A DNA stretch of 50,896 nt from Octopus bimaculoides (Eukaryota), in the NCBI RefSeq assembly GCF_001194135.2, contig NC_068985.1:119966230-120017125 (forward strand), read 5' to 3'. A program made the translations under genes and the position numbers. This document shows, piece by piece, positions 47,579 to 50,896 of this stretch. The notes below the pieces were generated by a model. The model made no database searches and was not told the origin of the DNA. It saw nothing but the letters and a program-made list of their open reading frames with translations. How positions within the stretch are numbered: the first letter of the stretch is position 1; each line of letters starts with the position of its first letter.

Positions 47579-48760
47579 CTATATTGCATTTGTATGTGTA
47601 TGCATAGTAATTTGCGGACTTGTTATTTTAAACGAATTTTAAGAATGTCAACCGAATATTTACCGCTGGTGAGTAGTTTCAGCAGTAAAAGTAGAGTCAT
47701 GTAGTTTCTTAAAACTATTATAAAAGTGATTTTGACCAGGACTATATAAGAAAGGTATTCGATATGTAGTGGCAGTTTGCGCAATTTCGTTAGTTTGATA
47801 TTTTTCTACTGAAAGTCATTAATTTTTGTTTTTTATTACACCGAAACTAATTACACAATAGGTATACATGCATACATTTATATATTAAATTTTTATAATT
47901 TCTTTTACTTTCACAAGAACTCGTTGCGAAAAGTATTAAGTAAATCTTTATTGTGATGTATAACTGTTTTCATTATAATACGACCTAATTAATTGATATA
48001 TAAACGAAAATAAATATGTGTTTTTGTGTACATTTGTAGGTATGACGTTATTTACATATCAATGGAAGAGCCCTAATTCGGTGGTTCGTCGACATGGGAA
48101 TCTATATACATAAAAAAAATGTGATGGCTGCAGTTGGAATGCCGTTCGCCATAGGTTATTCCTATACATTCAGAGCTGAATTTAGATGAAGTACGAAAAT
48201 AAAGAAACGGTGGTTGATTATGTAGCATCATTACAACTTCCCATTTTAGGACAATATAGCATTAAACAGTTTACGAATTTAATATGTCAGGAAAATTTCG
48301 TTCATGATGAAATGCAAATCATGTCAACCATAACCTGTATATAGATTCACATAGAAAGATAGGCAAAATATTATTCTCCCTATCCGATTAAATGATCAGA
48401 GCGTGATATCGATTTTTCCAGAGCAACGCATTGAATGATGGAGTAATGATGGACTATCAAACTGAACGTATCTTTATATATTGCATTATGTGCAACTTCA
48501 TAGATTAAATGAGCAGATGTTTTATGACTATATGAGGTATCGTTAGGTAAGGATATTACCTGCCAGAAAATGATAAAAATAAAGTGTAGTGATTATTGAG
48601 ACGATTGATGTGAACTGAATAGTTGGTTAGTGGGAATATAGGTCAATATATATATATATATGTGTGTGTGTGCATGTGTGTGTGTATACACATACATACA
48701 TACGCACACATACACACACACACACAACCACAGACAGACGCACACACACACACACACACT

Positions 48761-48815
<55 letters not shown>

Positions 48816-48904
48816 TCTTTTATATGTTTCAACTCTAACGCTGTGTCCATGCTGGAGAACCGCCAGTGTAATTACCTTTTAATTGGCCAATACTATGTGA
48901 GTGT

Positions 48905-50040
48905 TTTTCTTTTCAAGGAGAGAGTGCGACACTGCTGTCCTCTTTTGAGTTTCCTGTCTGGATATTGCTTCATCTGGGGATCTTGGATAGCAAAAAAAAC
49001 ATGTTCTTGAAAACATCTACCCCCACTCCATAGAGACTCCTCAGATATTTTGGCAAGGTGTTATATAGCTGTTGTCCTTTGAATCCCAAGCTATTGCAGT
49101 ACATGGTCCTCACCTTAGATGGTATTGCTGGGACCTTTGAAACAGGGCAGTGACGTCCAATTCGAGTCCAACCGCATAAAGTTCCCCTATTGATCCGACA
49201 CTGTACGGTGAACACAGTTGAGAGCAGTAGTCCAGACGGCTGAAGACAAATGACCTCCAGCGAGCCAATATAGTTTTCTGATCCCTTGTTCTGAAGGTTC
49301 TCAGAATCCATCCGGCCGTTTGCCTGAACATTGCTACCATCTTGATGATATGCCTGTGAAACGAGGCATCGTTGCGAATAGCAATCCCAAGATCACGCAC
49401 CGTATATAATTCTGGGATTGCCGCACCTTTCCGTATCGTTGTTGCAATTTCTGAGCACCAATTAACTGGTAGCGAAGGGCCTGGAATTTTCCTGCATTAA
49501 ATTGCATGTTGTCCTCAGCCCATTTACATATGGAATCTAGGTCTTTCTGTAGAAGTTTAGCATCCCAAAGTTCCTTGACTACTTGTACTACCTTTGACTC
49601 GACGGCATAGCTAGTAAGTGTAGCTGTCTGTGTAACAAATGGTATGTCTGAGAGAGCCAATATGAACAGCAGCGTCTCCAATACAGTTTCCTGAGACACT
49701 CTACTTTCTATTACTGTCTCCTTGGAGAGAGCTCCGTTTGCTGCTACAACCCGAATTGTCTGTTAGAAAGTCTCTTAAGCAACCACACTCCGATTTTCCC
49801 AGTTATGCCGAGTTTGTGACATATCCCACGATCGACCTTATCAAAGGCCTTTGCAAAGTCGAGATATATCACATCCACGATTGAGCGATTCATTAATATT
49901 TCAACACCCAGTCATAGTGCTGCAACAGATGTGTAAAACAGCTTCTTCTTGAACAAAAGTCATGTTGGGTACCACGAAACAAGTCATTATCTTCAAGGTA
50001 TGCAATTAGTTTCTTCCTGACAATGGCGCTTCATGACTTT
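48905..50040 (-). mobile_element. CR1-group LINE RT and C-terminus remnant
   Basis: VDVIYLDFAKAFDKVD, SQETVLETLLF (GVPQGTVLGPLLF-like), LTSYAV (YADD-like), MQFNAGKF, RDLG, WILRTFRTRD, SRLDYCSQL, NSLGFKG..LYNTLP; many stops and frameshifts. Confidence 0.9.
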
Positions 50041-50043
50041 GCT

Positions 50044-50152
<109 letters not shown>

Positions 50153-50274
50153 TTGCTTAAGTTTCAGTTCGTGGCCTGCGGCTATGCTGGGGCGCCTCTC
50201 TTTACTTTGCTACACTTTCACCTCCTCTGATATGTCACACAAACACACACATACACATGCACACAAACACATAG

Positions 50275-50565
50275 GTATGCTTCCCAACCACGTGTCACCT
50301 TGGGCAAGTGTCTTCTACTATAGCCTCGGGCCGACCGAAGCCTTGTGAGTGGATACGATAAGCGGAAACTGATGGAAGCCCATCGTATGGGCTACTCGAC
50401 CTGAAGAAAGTTTGAACTGGGCCCAACCTGCAAGGTCATGCGCTATTTATCTTGATATAAAATCACCGTAACGCGCACATACGGTTGTGATACATGTGCC
50501 TGGTATACTCTTGTCAGACGAGTAGTCATGATGGGCATAATGGGCTTCGTATATTTTACCTCAAT
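50275..50565 (+). mobile_element. SINE family A body joined to a different 3' repeat segment
   Basis: CACCTTGGGCAAGTGTCTTCTACTATAGCCTCGGGCCGACCGAAGCCTTGTGAGTGGAT...GAAGCCC, then a sequence not seen in the other family A copies here. Confidence 0.75.
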
Positions 50566-50648
50566 AATAATGATAATAATAATAATAATTATAGCGTTGG
50601 TATATATATATGTACACAGGCATATGCCTACATATCTGCAGGTTTATG

Positions 50649-50702
50649 TATATATGTAGTTACATGTATATATGTAGTTACATGTATATATGTAGTTACA
50701 TG
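50649..50702. repeat. 18-bp tandem repeat x3
   Basis: TATATATGTAGTTACATG three times. Confidence 0.95.
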
Positions 50703-50710
50703 TGTTTTTA

Positions 50711-50756
<46 letters not shown>

Positions 50757-50896
50757 GCTAGCTAGCTAGCTATCTAGCTAGCTAGCTAGTTAGGTAACTC
50801 TCTCCCTATATATGTATATGTATATGAAGTGATATACATGTATACACACACATATATGTGAATATAGGATCCCATACATATTCATATATATATATA

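Overview
This is not prokaryotic DNA. It is an AT-rich, microsatellite-dense, gap-ridden animal genomic window. The repeat landscape looks like an octopod cephalopod, but that is my inference from recalled repeat families, not a search result. Almost all ORFs in the supplied track are artefacts of microsatellites or N-gaps. Supported content: (1) one tRNA-Gly(GCC) gene at 19763-19833 (-) with a TATA-like element, a T4 terminator and a T-stem mismatch; (2) decayed mobile elements, namely a Helitron helicase C-terminus plus a 3' hairpin-CTAG end, several R4/Dong-type RLE non-LTR fragments tied to (TAA)n tracts, Tx1/L1, RTE and CR1-group LINE fragments, probable Penelope-like and hAT remnants, and over 20 copies of at least four tRNA-derived SINE families; (3) type I hammerhead ribozyme motifs on the - strand, one with an intact core (34373-34434) and two variant or degenerate; (4) a ~250 bp near-perfect fold-back palindrome (13303-13556); (5) a hand-built, frame-consistent chain of candidate exons of an unidentified minus-strand gene (33770 to 20177) ending in a stop plus AATAAA. 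I found no evidence of a wholly new multi-gene system. All alignments and translations were done by eye and all family assignments need database confirmation.
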